DNA from: Eledone cirrhosa
Taxonomy: Eukaryota
NCBI GenBank assembly: GCA_964016885.1
Contig: OZ024740.1
Span: 291,896,001-291,960,000 of the forward strand
Direction of reading: 5' to 3'
Length of the DNA stretch: 64,000 nucleotides
Both the position numbers and the translations under genes were made by a program. Every line of letters starts with the position of its first letter. Position 1 is the stretch's first letter. The notes beneath the pieces are model-generated. The model did not search any database, was not told where the DNA came from, and worked only from the letters and a program-made list of their open reading frames with translations. This document shows, in pieces, positions 51,697 to 64,000 of this stretch.

Positions 51697-51740
<44 letters not shown>

Positions 51741-54700
51741 CAATTAATCAATGTTTTGAACGTGTATCAAGCAAAACTTGTCTCAGAGTGCTAACCAAAT
51801 GTATATATATATATATATATATATATCATTTGTGCATATTCAAGAATAACTTCTATAAATAAATTACTTGAAAAGAAAATTAAGTGCAATCGATAGTTCT
51901 TTCTGTTGCAAATTGTTATAAATAACTCGTCCTCCCCTCTCCTCTCCCGAATTATGTCAACGCACCCCCAGCATGCTACTACTGACGAACAAACTAAAAT
52001 ACTATACCAACAATTAAAAACAAGAGAATTAACAGTAAATAACTGCCATTGTTTAACGTAAATACTGTGCTGAAGTTATATAAACCCAGTTTATTTTAGT
52101 AAAATATTTGCCGGAATGCAACAGATAAAAATATATAACTTGTGCCAGAACTAGATTTATGACCTTGTTACAAGGTTACGAATCATATACACTTACTATC
52201 TGCTAAATTTATAGGTACTAGATGCAACCGAGATGCGTGTTTAGCTCCGGTTTGTTCTGAAAATTGGGCGAGAGATTTATTTCACCTCGTAGGTAATATC
52301 AGTCGATTATATAACATTCCCAATTGGTTTTTGATATTAGTTCCCAGCTGAATGTAGGGTGTTGGGTGAGATCTACGTGATCATTTGGTTTGCTGGAAAT
52401 AGTAATCAAAGCTCCCTCAAATTACACCCAATTATCATATAAAAAAGAGGATTATTGGATGATGTGGTTTTAGGTATCTTATGCCTGGAGAACGTAAGGG
52501 ATGGTCATGGTTGGATGACTTTGATAATTTGTACATTATTCTATGTACTATACATGCACGTTTGATGAGTTGTAGTGCACCTGAGCACTGTACACAATAA
52601 TTTCATTATTATTGGTCTGCTCAATCAAAGCTGATCTATGACTTAACTTCACCAATTCAGGTGTACTGGACGATATAGAATTAAGTTCCCATCTTTAAAT
52701 ACCCAATAAAGCTGGATGGATTTCAACACAAGACCTGGTCAATCCAATGAAGACCACATCCACCTGACTATTTTGTTTCATCAATAAATTTGTGGAGAGG
52801 ATGCAGTAAGATCCTTATCTTTATGACAAACAAATATTGTCTTAAAGAACTAACCGTTTGAAGCAACTCAACATTCTCGCAGCATTACTGTGAGTGATAG
52901 TAAGATTTTATCAAACATATGTATCCTGACTATATATATGGCAACAGAGCTCATATTCACAAGGTCCAGGTTTGATCCTACTGTGTGACCCCATGGTCTG
53001 TTGTTTTCTACCTTGGCATTGTATTCCTCCAAGCTTAGTAAGTTATATTGGGTAGACAGAAATAGTGTGGAAGCCTGTCCAATGGATTATAACTGTACAT
53101 TGTGCCATGCCGATTTTGCCTGAGATTTAGGTTAATGTTATGAGTGTTAGTAGAATACTCAGCCACTTACATTATAATTCAATGAGAATGTGGTTCAAGT
53201 GAATGACCAATACACTCGTCTTTAAAATTGACGGAAAATCTATCACATATCTGATTAAACACCTCGAGTCCTTTTTTTCATTTTGATCATAAAAGCTTGA
53301 AACACAATGAAGAAATAGCTGAATCTGAAAGCAATCTTTACTACTATCGGTATCTATAATGGGTTTCTTATATATCGGTATCTATAATAAACACACTTAA
53401 GTGTATTTCACTTTGTTTTGCTTATGACGACTACAAAGCCATATTAGATAATAATGTGAGTGCTCATTCAAGTTGTGTGAAGTTGTTGATAATAAGTTGA
53501 AAGAGCTTCCAGTGATAAAACTCTTGTTTAATGAGGAACACTACAATATATCACCCATGTTGCAATACTGTAACCCTATGCGATTAAATACTGCAATATG
53601 ATTTAATAGGAGTTAGGTGATGGAATTCCATTTATATCTAAGATATTTTACAGGAATGCAGTTCTTTGCTTTAGTAGAAGTTTATTTTATTGACCTGGAA
53701 GGATAAAAGTCAAAGTTGACTTTAGTGGGATATGAATTCAGGGACATAAAGTATCATAATTAAATACTGCAAAGTATTTGATATCAACCACCAAACATGC
53801 AGGATTGTACATGTAATTCAAGAATCTAGCCTTGTAATGTATTGTTACATTGATTTGACCTGTATTAAGGGTACACATGTCTGTGGAATACAATGTGTGA
53901 ATGTTTTGCTTTAGGTATGTAAAATGTCAGACATTAACATTAAAATAAAAGGTACTTTCTTTTTCATTGAATTTTTTTTAAATTGATAAACTGAAACGAA
54001 TTGAGGACGGCGACTGCATGTTGCTTACATATATTCCCATATTCTTTAGAGAGTATTGGGTGAATTTTATCATGGCACCAGCCCTAATGATGTCATGTCT
54101 TTGATACAGCTGAAGATTCCTCCCAACCTTATGTTTGGTAAGTTTTCTACAGCTGAAAGCCCTTCCTATCACCAACACTTTACAGGGTCTACTAAGTATA
54201 TTTATCATGTAGATCACTAGACACGTTGTCGTGTCCTTGATACAACTGAAAAGTTTTCTCAATCCTTTTTCTTTTTTACATATATATATATGTAAAAGGT
54301 AAACAGAAATAACAAAAATAACAAAACAAACGGCACAGTACATGGAAGAAATATATTAGTTTAATGCTTGAAATAGCAGGAAGAGAGTCTTAACGTTTTG
54401 GACACTAGTCCTTTATCAGAAGATAGAGTTAGAAATAGAAGATAAATAAAAGTAAAGAGTGATGGGAAGAAGGAACGGGCAAAATTAGAAAAGAAATTGG
54501 GGAGAAAAAAACACGTGCGTATTCAGTCGGCCATCTTAGAATGATAAGGCACTTGAGGAGTGAAGAGAGACAGTATATACATATCCTTGCTAGCAGGGAA
54601 AATGGATATTAGAGAGGAGGCTGTTGGTATGGATATGTGATGCATATTGAGGACGACAGCTGTATAAGAATGTGCATGGTACTGAAAGTTGATGAAACAT

Positions 54701-55562
54701 GTTAAAGAAGAAGGAAGACCAAGGAAAACCTGGGATGATGTGGTGAAGTCTAACCTCATGCTGCTGAACCTCAAGAAGGAGATGACACAAGATCCAATAT
54801 AACAGAGGACTTGACTATTCTCAAGGGTGGAGTGAAACAGAATGGGGTTGGCAGAGAGGTAAAACAACATTTAGCCCCCTCCCAGCCTAATCCTTCCTTC
54901 TCTGTCAACTTTCCCTATCTTAATCCCACTAACTGTCTCTCCTCACTCCTCAAGTGCCTGAAAACTCACATCCATTACCAATTCTTCTTCACCTCTTTAC
55001 CCTGTTCCCTCATCCAACCATTCCAACATAGAAAGAAGAAAGTGTTCCTCCATATATATATATATAAGGTGGCGAATTAGCAGAATCATTAAGATGTCGG
55101 ATAGAATGCTTTACGGTATACGTCCCACCTCATTGCGCGCTCTGAGTTCAAATCCCGCTGTGGTCAACTTTGCCTTTCATCCTTTCGAGGTCGATAAAAA
55201 AAGTACCAGTCCAATACTGGGGTCGATTCTTCCTCTATAGAAAAAATCGGTTGTGTTCAGACCTGGAGAGGGTTGGGGTCCACCAGGTTTAAAAGTGCCC
55301 TAGACACACCGTATGATGGTGCCTCTACAACACCACAAGGAGTTATAGGATCTTTATCCTTATATATATAGGGGCGCACAGGACAAGGGGTGTTTGAAGG
55401 CTCTTTCCCCATGACCCTATATATTTTAATGAGACAGTGTTCAGTGGGTAACTCTTGTCATTTTACTTTATAATACCTACTCTCTACTTTCTTAAGTATC
55501 AAGTACTTAGCTGAACAATGGACTTATCAAACTGCTAACTCTCTCTCTTTCTCTCTCTGTAT

Positions 55563-55625
<63 letters not shown>

Positions 55626-56655
55626 AGTTTGAAGAATAGTCAGACAAAATTTATCCAATTTTTTTCTCCTTAGTCCGTTGAAATCAACCCGATAAATAAT
55701 CATTTAAATGGAGCTAAGTTTAAAATGTAACTTTGAAGAAATAACAGATTAATGTTATTGTGACAGACAAGAAATACAACAAATTTATAGGATTATTTGC
55801 TTTGATATTTCTGCTTTTTTGGTTTTGACTGCATGTCCATATATGGACTGTACCCCTTGATAAGTTCAGCTAGAATGCCGCCGTTACAATACTGCTGGTT
55901 TAGTTCGGATCTAGCTGTCGAAACGGCCAGAGCTCTGCCGTCAGGGTCTTGACTTTTTCTATATACATATATATATATATATTCATTAGTTAAGCAAAAC
56001 AAGACCACAAATTTCACAAGGAAGACATTATTAAAAGATTGTCAACATATTTTAGTTTGATGTAAGGAATGTAGAGAATAATAATATTAATAATAATAAT
56101 GTCCATTTACAATTGTTCCGCTACTCCATATAATATTTCTGGATCAGATGACTATATATCATTATTGATCTGGTTCAGTTGAAAATAATTAACATAGTTA
56201 AAAACAGAGCGGCTCATCGGAACTTCAAACATAATATAAATTAAAATAAGGAGAGAATGTTACATAATGTAGTGTTACATAATGTTACGCTTTGGCTTCT
56301 AATTCACCAATCTCTCCTCTCCTATCTCCTTTCCTATCTCCATCTCTCTCTTTAAGATTGGTTACTCTTGAACTGTGTATATATATATATATATATATAC
56401 ACAATCCATTTTCCACGCTAGCATGGATTAGATGAGTTGTCTCGTTGTGAAACAAGCCAGATCAGGTGACCATGTCTTGCTCATACAGAACTGATTTGGG
56501 TGTTGGTTTCTATGGCTGGATGCCCTTCCTAAAAGCCAACCACATTTACAGTGTGTACTCTGTGCTTTTTGTTGTGACACCTACTCAGCCACTTAACAAT
56601 ATATAATATACATATATATACACATACATCTCTCTTGCTCTCTCTCTCTCTCTCT

Positions 56656-56703
<48 letters not shown>

Positions 56704-56974
56704 GTACAGAGATTCACATTGAAATTAAAGTTAGTACCATCTGTCAGGGTAATTGTTTTATGCTATGTACATAGTTTTATAACACAATAAATAGCAGCTA
56801 AATCTCTTTTATATCACACTCAATACATTGGACAATGTGTTCCTTTATATAATGTGAGTTTGAAACCAGATAGGATGATCATGGCTGGAATGCCTTTTAT
56901 GATAAGTTTGCATGATCAGTGTTGACCTGGGGCAAAGCAACAACTTTTTAAAATCATTTAAAAAATTTGTCATG

Positions 56975-57680
56975 ACATTTAATAATTGTTTCTACTTATG
57001 GCACAAGGCCAGCAACACCCAGTGTATTACTGGTACTTTATTTTATCGACCCCGTAAGGATGAAAGGCAAAGTTAACCTCAGCGGGATTTGAACTCAGTC
57101 TGTAAAGGAACGTAACTGTGCTGCAATGACATTTAATAATTGTTTCTACTTTTGGCTCAAGGCCAGCAATAACCCAGTGCATTACTGGTACTTTATTTTA
57201 TCGACCCCGTAAGGATGAAAGGCAAAGTGAACCTCAGCAGGATTTGAACTCAGACCGTAGAGGGACGTAACTATGCTGGAAAGCATGGTGTCTGACCCTC
57301 TACTGATACTGCCAATCCACCGTCCATGAACTTGGCTGGTCACGCTTGGGGATCCAGCTGGATCAGTTGGAGACAGTTTCTTCTGATAGGACCCGCTGGA
57401 AGGAGTGTTTGAGAACTCTGCTCCCATGACCCTCTCAGGAATAAGTGGGAGAAAAAGAAGATTTAATAATTGTTTCTACGTTTGGCACAAGGCCAGCAAT
57501 TTACCCAGTGTATTACTGGTACTTTATTTTATCGACCCCGTAAGGATGAAAGGCAAAGTTAACCTCGGCTGGATTTGAACTCAGAATGGCCAGGACCGTA
57601 ACTCTATGCGTCAAAGCATGACGTCTGACCCTCTACCGATACTCCCAATCCACCGCCCTTTAATGACATTTAATAATGGA
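56975..57680 (-). mobile_element. Cluster of three tRNA-derived SINEs (Meta/MESC-like core) with an RTE tail fragment
   Basis: B-box GAGTTCAAATCC, core GCCTTTCATCCTTACGGGGTCGATAAAA, tail GGCCTTGTGCC...AGAAACAATTA. Other copies at 38280-38465, 58375-58575, 32690-32830 and 53685-53780 (-), and 31535-31670, 36190-36390, 46455-46615 and 55065-55230 (+). Confidence 0.75.
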
Positions 57681-58014
57681 TACAAAACAAGACAGATTAG
57701 CCACAAAGAAATGAAGTCTTGACATTTATTTGGTATAACAGAATTGGATGTCATTTAGAGATATAATCTAGAAATGGGGTTGCATAGTCGAGAGGTATTC
57801 AACCTAATTGAATAATTGCTTTGTTGTGTCTATGTGTATACGTGTATGTGTCTGTATATATGTGATTGTTTGTTATTGTGTGTGTGTGGGTATGTGTGTA
57901 TATGTGTATGTATGTATGTATGTATGTATGTATGTATGTATGTATGTATGTATGTGTGTGTTTATGATGAAAGCCTACTGGAATGTATCTGATAATGTTG
58001 ATAACATTGTTGTT

Positions 58015-60265
58015 ATAGAGATAGTAACAGTTAAACTACTATATGTTAACAGTGATAGTTAGTAACAGTTACAACTACTACATGTTAACAGACATAGTAA
58101 CAGTTATAACTACTATATATTAACAGAGAGACAGTTAGTAACAGTTATCTATATATCTAAAACACAGAATGTCTGTCTGACTCCCTAAAACTTGAGAAGC
58201 ACCCAACCGATTGTTTTCAAACTTTACACATGTAATACTTATGGTCCTGTAAGTGTTTTGAACAAAAAATATTTCAAATTTTCAATGCCCTAGGGACCAC
58301 ATTAGGCGATTTAGCGATCTCTCTCTATCATTCTTAGTCTTTCTTTTTAGATAGATACATAGATATAATGTTGCGCCCTTATAATTGTTTCTACATTTGG
58401 CACAAGGCCAGCAATTACCCAGTACATTACTGATACTTTATTTTATCGACCCCGTAAGGATGAAAGGCAAAGTTAACCTCGGCGGGATTTGAACTCAGAT
58501 CGTAAAGGGGCGTAACTATGCTGGAAAGCACGGCGTCAGACTCTCTACCTATACTGTCAATCCACCGCCCTTATAATATCTGTCTGTATGTCTAGCTGTC
58601 TGCATTACGATATTATGACGTCGCTATATATGTGTGTGTGTATATATATATATACATTGTGTGTAACGTTTTTCGAAATATTTACTTCTGCGTTCACAGA
58701 TCGATTTTTTTAGTTTCAGAAGATCCCGCTAAGGGTGAAAGCAACGATTCTTTACTTAAACTTTAATCTGTTATTTTAATATATATATATATATAATTAT
58801 ATATTCGTGTACAGATATTTTTGCATACACAATAACAAAATATAAACAAAAGTATTTATTTTGCGATAAAGTATTGATTTTCTTTGCACGGAAAAAACCC
58901 TGGTAATCTACAACAAATTTTTTTTTATAAGCATAAAATGTAGACACCATCCCGAGGCCGAGGTATTCCGTACTTCTCTGTACTGTTTCAGAAAGGGGGG
59001 ATAAACATGCCAATCTATGTTTAGAATCCCGAGCATTCTGCTAGTAACTACTATGTTAACAGAGATAGTTAGTAATAGTTATAACTACTATATGTTAAAA
59101 ATAGTTCGTAATAATTATAACTACTATATGTTAACAGAGATAGTTAGTAATAGTATTAAATACTATATGTTAACAGAAACATAGTTAGTAATAGTTGTAA
59201 CTAGTATATGTTAACAGGGAGATAGTTAGTAACAGTTATAACTACTATATATTAACAGAGGTAGTTAGTAACAGTTATAACTACTATAAGTTAGAAATAG
59301 TTAGGAATAGTTATAACTACTGTATGTTACCAGAGAGATAGTAATAGTTATAACTACTATGTTATCAGAGAGATAGTTAGTAATAGTTATAACACTATAT
59401 GTTAACAGAGATAGTTAGTAATAGTTATAACTACTATGTGTTAACAGATAGTTAGTAATAGTTATAACTACTATATGTTAACAGTGATAATTAGTAGTAG
59501 TTATAACAAGTATATGTTAACAGATAGTTAGTAGTAGTTATTATTACTATATGTTAACAGTGATAGTTAGTAATAGTTATAGCTACTATATGTTAACAGA
59601 GATAGTTAGTAATAGTTATAACTACTATATGTTAACAGATATATAGTTAGTAATAGTTATAACTATTATGTTAAGAGACATAGTTAGTAATAGTTATAAC
59701 TAGTATATGTTAACATAGATAGTTAGTAATAGTTATAACCACTATATGTTAACAGTGATAGTTAGTAATAGTTATAACTACTATATGTTAAGTGATAGTT
59801 CGTAACAGTTATAACTACTATGTTAACAGAGATAGTTAGTAGTAGTTATAACTCGTATCTGTTAACAGAGATAGTTAGTAGTAGTTATTACTATTATATG
59901 TTATCAGAGAGATAGTTAGTAATAGTTATAACTACTATATGTTAACAGATATAGTTAGTAATAGTTATAACTATTATGTTAAGAGACATAGTTAGTAATA
60001 GTTATAACTAGTATATGTTAACAGAGATAGTTAGTAATAGTTATAACCACTATATGTTAACAGTGATAGTTAGTAATAGTTATAACTATTATGTTAAGAG
60101 ACATAGTTTGTAACAGTTATAACTACTATATGTTAACAGTGATAGTTAGTAGTAGTTATAACTACTATATGTTAACAGTGATAGTTAATAATAGTTATAA
60201 CTACTATATGTTAACAGTGATAGTTCGTAACAGTTATAACTACTATATGTTATCAGAGATAGTTT
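58015..60265. repeat. About 40-bp AT-rich minisatellite (about 30 copies), interrupted by a Helitron
   Basis: Unit AGAGATAGTTAGTAATAGTTATAACTACTATATGTTAAC. Confidence 0.92.
58148..59044 (+). mobile_element. Non-autonomous Helitron inserted in the minisatellite, with a nested SINE
   Basis: A|TCTATATATCTAAAA...CTGCTAG|T. Removing it restores the satellite unit AACAGTTA/TAACTACT with no TSD. A related partial copy lies at about 22030-22385 (-). Confidence 0.8.
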
Positions 60266-61021
60266 ACGTCTAAGTTAAAATATCTGTGTAGAGAAAATTA
60301 CTGGTTTGTCTGATGACTCAGAAAATTAAAGAAATTTATTTTCCCCACTAAAATTAATGAAAGAGCCAACAAGGCAGCCTCTATATGTAGTTGCTTTGGT
60401 ATCCTAGAAATGGCAGTCATATTTCCTTCAAATACGAACATACCTATTTGAAAAAGGAGACCACAAATGTCAAGACGGTGATAGCTAGAGCACATTGATC
60501 TGAGTGACCCTGGATAAATAACAATAGCAGCCAAATATCCCTCAAATAACCTCCTAGTATCTTAAAACAGGAGGACATATTGGATGATGTTATTTAAGAT
60601 ACATTATGCCTGAAAACAAAACAGGAGGTGAGCCAAATAAGGAAGCTTCTATGTGCCTACTCAGTTTTCTAGAAACAGCAGTCAAATTTCCCTTTCATCA
60701 TAAGTTTGTACGTTTACAGTTGATCTGGGGCTAAATGAGACATGATGGCCATAAGTGAATTTCTTTTCATCATAAGTCTGCTAGGTTAGGCCAAATAGTA
60801 ATTACTGTATGTAATCATTAAGGCAAGAAATTACATCCCCATTGCCACAGATCCTCTTTTATGTAATACTATCACTAGGTAAATTTGAGTGTCAGTAATG
60901 TGCATGCTCTCATATCTGCTGACTTAAGGTAAAAAATGACTTCTGTGACAAAAGAAATATCGAAGTACAGTTTTTCTTGGCGACACTGACAAACATAATA
61001 TAATAATTTACATTATAAAAA

Positions 61022-61477
61022 TTAGAAGAAAAACCACCCTTCGGGTGGTTTTCTGCTAGCGTGTGTAGTGTGTATATTGATATTATACGTACGTATATAT
61101 GCATGTAATCAAATAAAATCATAATTGACAATATACACAGAAATTGAATGAAGACTGTGTTACACTGTAATCAAATCCATAACACATTAAAAAAAGACGA
61201 TATTATATATAAACTGCATTAGGAGAAAATTAGTGACAGAAAATTAATATGTTTATTTAAGCGATCACCACTGGAAGTGTTGACATTTGAAAATTTTAAA
61301 GAAGTGAATCTTTAAATAAATAATAAAATATATTTAATAAACAGTCACGAAATTTAGTAGATAAATTATGTAATATTCATTCATTATTTGTTCAAAGTAA
61401 TCCAACTTATTTTACTAATGGGATAAAAAATTATAAACCGTATGCAGTCCCACGCTCTTACTTTATTATAGTTTAGA
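61022..61477 (-). mobile_element. Non-autonomous Helitron (same family as 9910-10419)
   Basis: Colinear homology, same 5' end and terminal hairpin. Confidence 0.8.
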
Positions 61478-62469
61478 TTGAGGACAACAGACAAAGGTAT
61501 TCAATGACTATTGAAATAAAATATTTCTGGGTCAGTTATATTATAAAGAATCACTGATAAACTTCTGTTATCTCTCTTTCTCACCCTTTCACATGAGCAA
61601 ACTACCCTCTACTTCTCATTATCCTTTTTTCCATTTCTTTTTCACGTTAATTGCACCCCCTCCTCTTCTGTCTCTATATTTTACTGTTGTCCCTATCTAT
61701 CTGTCTGTTACTATCCATTTCTGGACTCCTACTTTAGTTGTAGATTTTAAACACCTATAGGACTTTTTGTCTAATACTATTTACTTCAGCTTTTCAATTG
61801 ATTATATTACATATGTAAAACCGTATTGTTCTTGTGTCTAAACCTGTTTTACAGCCAATCTGCAAAATAACCCAAATTTCTTTTTTCAAGCCTATTTCTT
61901 ATCATCCCATCTACTATACTCTTCTTTCACCATGTTTACCAGTATTAATCCATACACATTATATATGCTTATTGTGTGTGTGTGTGTGTGAGTATATATA
62001 TATAAAGAAAAGGAAGAAAAGCAGTATCACATATTCAACATTGATTTATTCCATTACATCATTCTATTATGCACATTTTGAAGGTATAGAAAGGTTGTTA
62101 TTGAATGATTATCCCATGTTTTCATCAAACAGGCAGTTCAAATGTAAAAAAAAAAAAAAAAATTGTATTTTTCTTGATATTCTGCTGTGGAAGATGTAAA
62201 CTCATTGTAATGGAATAAAACAACATTGAATATGTGATACTGTCTCTCTTCTTTTTCTTAATATTGATACTCTGTTTGATACCATGCATGTAATATCATA
62301 CATGGCATCTGAGGCGTTTTCCACCTGATTACAACATTGTAACACTGATTATCATGATATATATATAGATATATATGATTTCAAATGAAAACTGCTCTGA
62401 TCCTGTAGAAGTCATTTCTATATGAAATAAATCAAACACACACATATACACATATACACATATACACAT

Positions 62470-62883
62470 ATGCGATGTTGTATGGTAGTGAGACATGGGC
62501 AGTGAAGCAGAAAAGATGAGAAAACTGGAAAAGAAATAAAGTGAACATACTTAGATGGACGTGCAGTATTAATGTGCATGAGAACCAAAGCATAGATGAG
62601 CTGAGAGAAAAGCTGGGTATAAGAATAATTAGATGTAGTGTGCAGGAGAGAAAATTACACTGGTATTGCAATGTGATGCATATGGATGATGATTGTCAAG
62701 TGAAGAAGTGCCTAAAAATCTCAGTGGAAGAGATCCACAATAAGGAGAGGCCAAGGAATACCATGGCAGAGGTTGCCAGAGCTGATCTCAACTCACTGAA
62801 TCTCACAGCTGGTTGGTGAAGGATCTGTCCAACCAGTGCAAGCATAGAAAAACGGATGTAAAATGATGATGATGATGAAGATG

Positions 62884-62915
<32 letters not shown>

Positions 62916-64000
62916 TAGAAGTGGCACTAACAAAGCGTGGTTCATTACAAGGGTGTATATGAAAGCATATACAATATGTTTCTGTATAATATACATACAA
63001 TATATCTCGCTATGAATTTTTTTATAAGTTGTGATCATGTCACAGCTATCTCAGTAGCAGTGAGAATGCCAGACAGCTGTTTCTGGATGTTTATCCATCA
63101 TAAGTGACATCTATTTACTCACCACTTAAAGCCTATATGGATTTTCCATATGAAACTTTGGCTGGCAATGCTCATTTGCATATAGTGGGAACTTAACTGG
63201 TGAAAGGGGCTTAATTAGAAATGACAGGGTTGAACTGCTTGAAGGATGAAGTGGGAGAAATTGTTGACTCAGATGGAATTAAGGAAAAGTGGAAGAGATA
63301 TAAGGAGGGTTTGCTGAATGTGGAGAATGAATGAAATAGCTACATAGAAACCTAATTGTCTAGCAAGTAGAGCAAATAGCTGAGGAAGCATTGAGAAAGA
63401 TGAAGAGTAGATAGGCAGGAGTTGTGGGAGATATGTTAAAGGCAGCAGGAAGTTAGTATTTGAAGAGAATGACAGAGATCTGTAGATTGGTGGTGAATAA
63501 AGACCATATTCTAGTGGATTGGGACAGTATTCCCATTCACCTGTACTAGATGATTCTCTAAACTGTAGCTCATATAGAGTTATTGAAACATAGAATGAAG
63601 TTATTAGAAAGAGTGCTACAAGAGAGATTAACCCTTTAGTTACTAAACTGGCCCTGGTTCTATGAAATAAAATCACCCAGTTTCAAGGTTTTTAATTCAA
63701 ATTAAAATCTTCCAACATAATTTTATATAAGAACCTTACATTAAATTACTATCTTAGTAATAAAATAAATATAATTTTAGTAAATTCCTCAATATTCTTC
63801 ATTAATTAATTGAAATACATTGAGTGTATTTTATTAAAAATGTGGTCATGATAAGGTTAAGAGAAAAGATGAAGATTGATGAAATATAGTTTGGATTTGC
63901 ACCAGGAAAAGGAACAACTAATGCAATATTTATTGTGAGGCAGTTACAGGGACAAGAAGACATTGTTTGGGGGGTTTGTTGACGATAATTAAGTTCCACT
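62470..64000 (+). mobile_element. Old degenerate RTE fragments, interrupted by a TTAA-flanked MITE at 63632-63856
   Basis: YGSETW, LREKLGIR, LLNVENE and FGFAPGKGTTNAIFIVRQLQ remnants. Removing the MITE restores the RTE text across TTAA. A similar fragment lies at 54590-54830. Confidence 0.7.

Noticed and set aside
54385-54425. Additional active hammerheads (also 44532-44562)
   Set aside because: Catalytic core is mutated (CTGATAA/AAAA and GAAG). Recorded only as degenerate PLE remnants.
55065-55165. tRNA genes
   Set aside because: A/B-box heads are followed by SINE cores and do not form a clean cloverleaf, so they are treated as SINEs.

Overview
AT-rich animal genomic DNA, dense in microsatellites and transposons. 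The SINE/RTE families and C2H2 genes suggest an octopus or other cephalopod, but this is inference. Host genes: (1) a two-coding-exon C2H2 zinc-finger gene (6884-8442 + 19955-20840, about 814 aa, 11 fingers) with an 11.5-kb intron; (2) a single-coding-exon C2H2 gene (38938-40683) whose C-terminal region carries eight DHTY motifs matching the HCF-1-binding motif [D/E]HxY; (3) a probable signal-peptide first coding exon (50165-50225) that the ORF track misses. Mobile DNA: a complete but mutated 4.17-kb GC-rich LTR retrotransposon with a 5-bp TSD and a -1 frameshift slippery site plus pseudoknot, nested with a CR1-like LINE inside a mariner relic; an RTE LINE with a PHD-like finger in ORF2 and many RTE fragments; a decayed Rep/Helicase Helitron and non-autonomous Helitrons; Penelope-type inverted repeats carrying minimal hammerhead ribozymes; tRNA-derived SINEs; hAT, TA-flanked and TTAA-flanked MITEs; several minisatellites. 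All calls come from reading the sequence by eye; no database searches were run.
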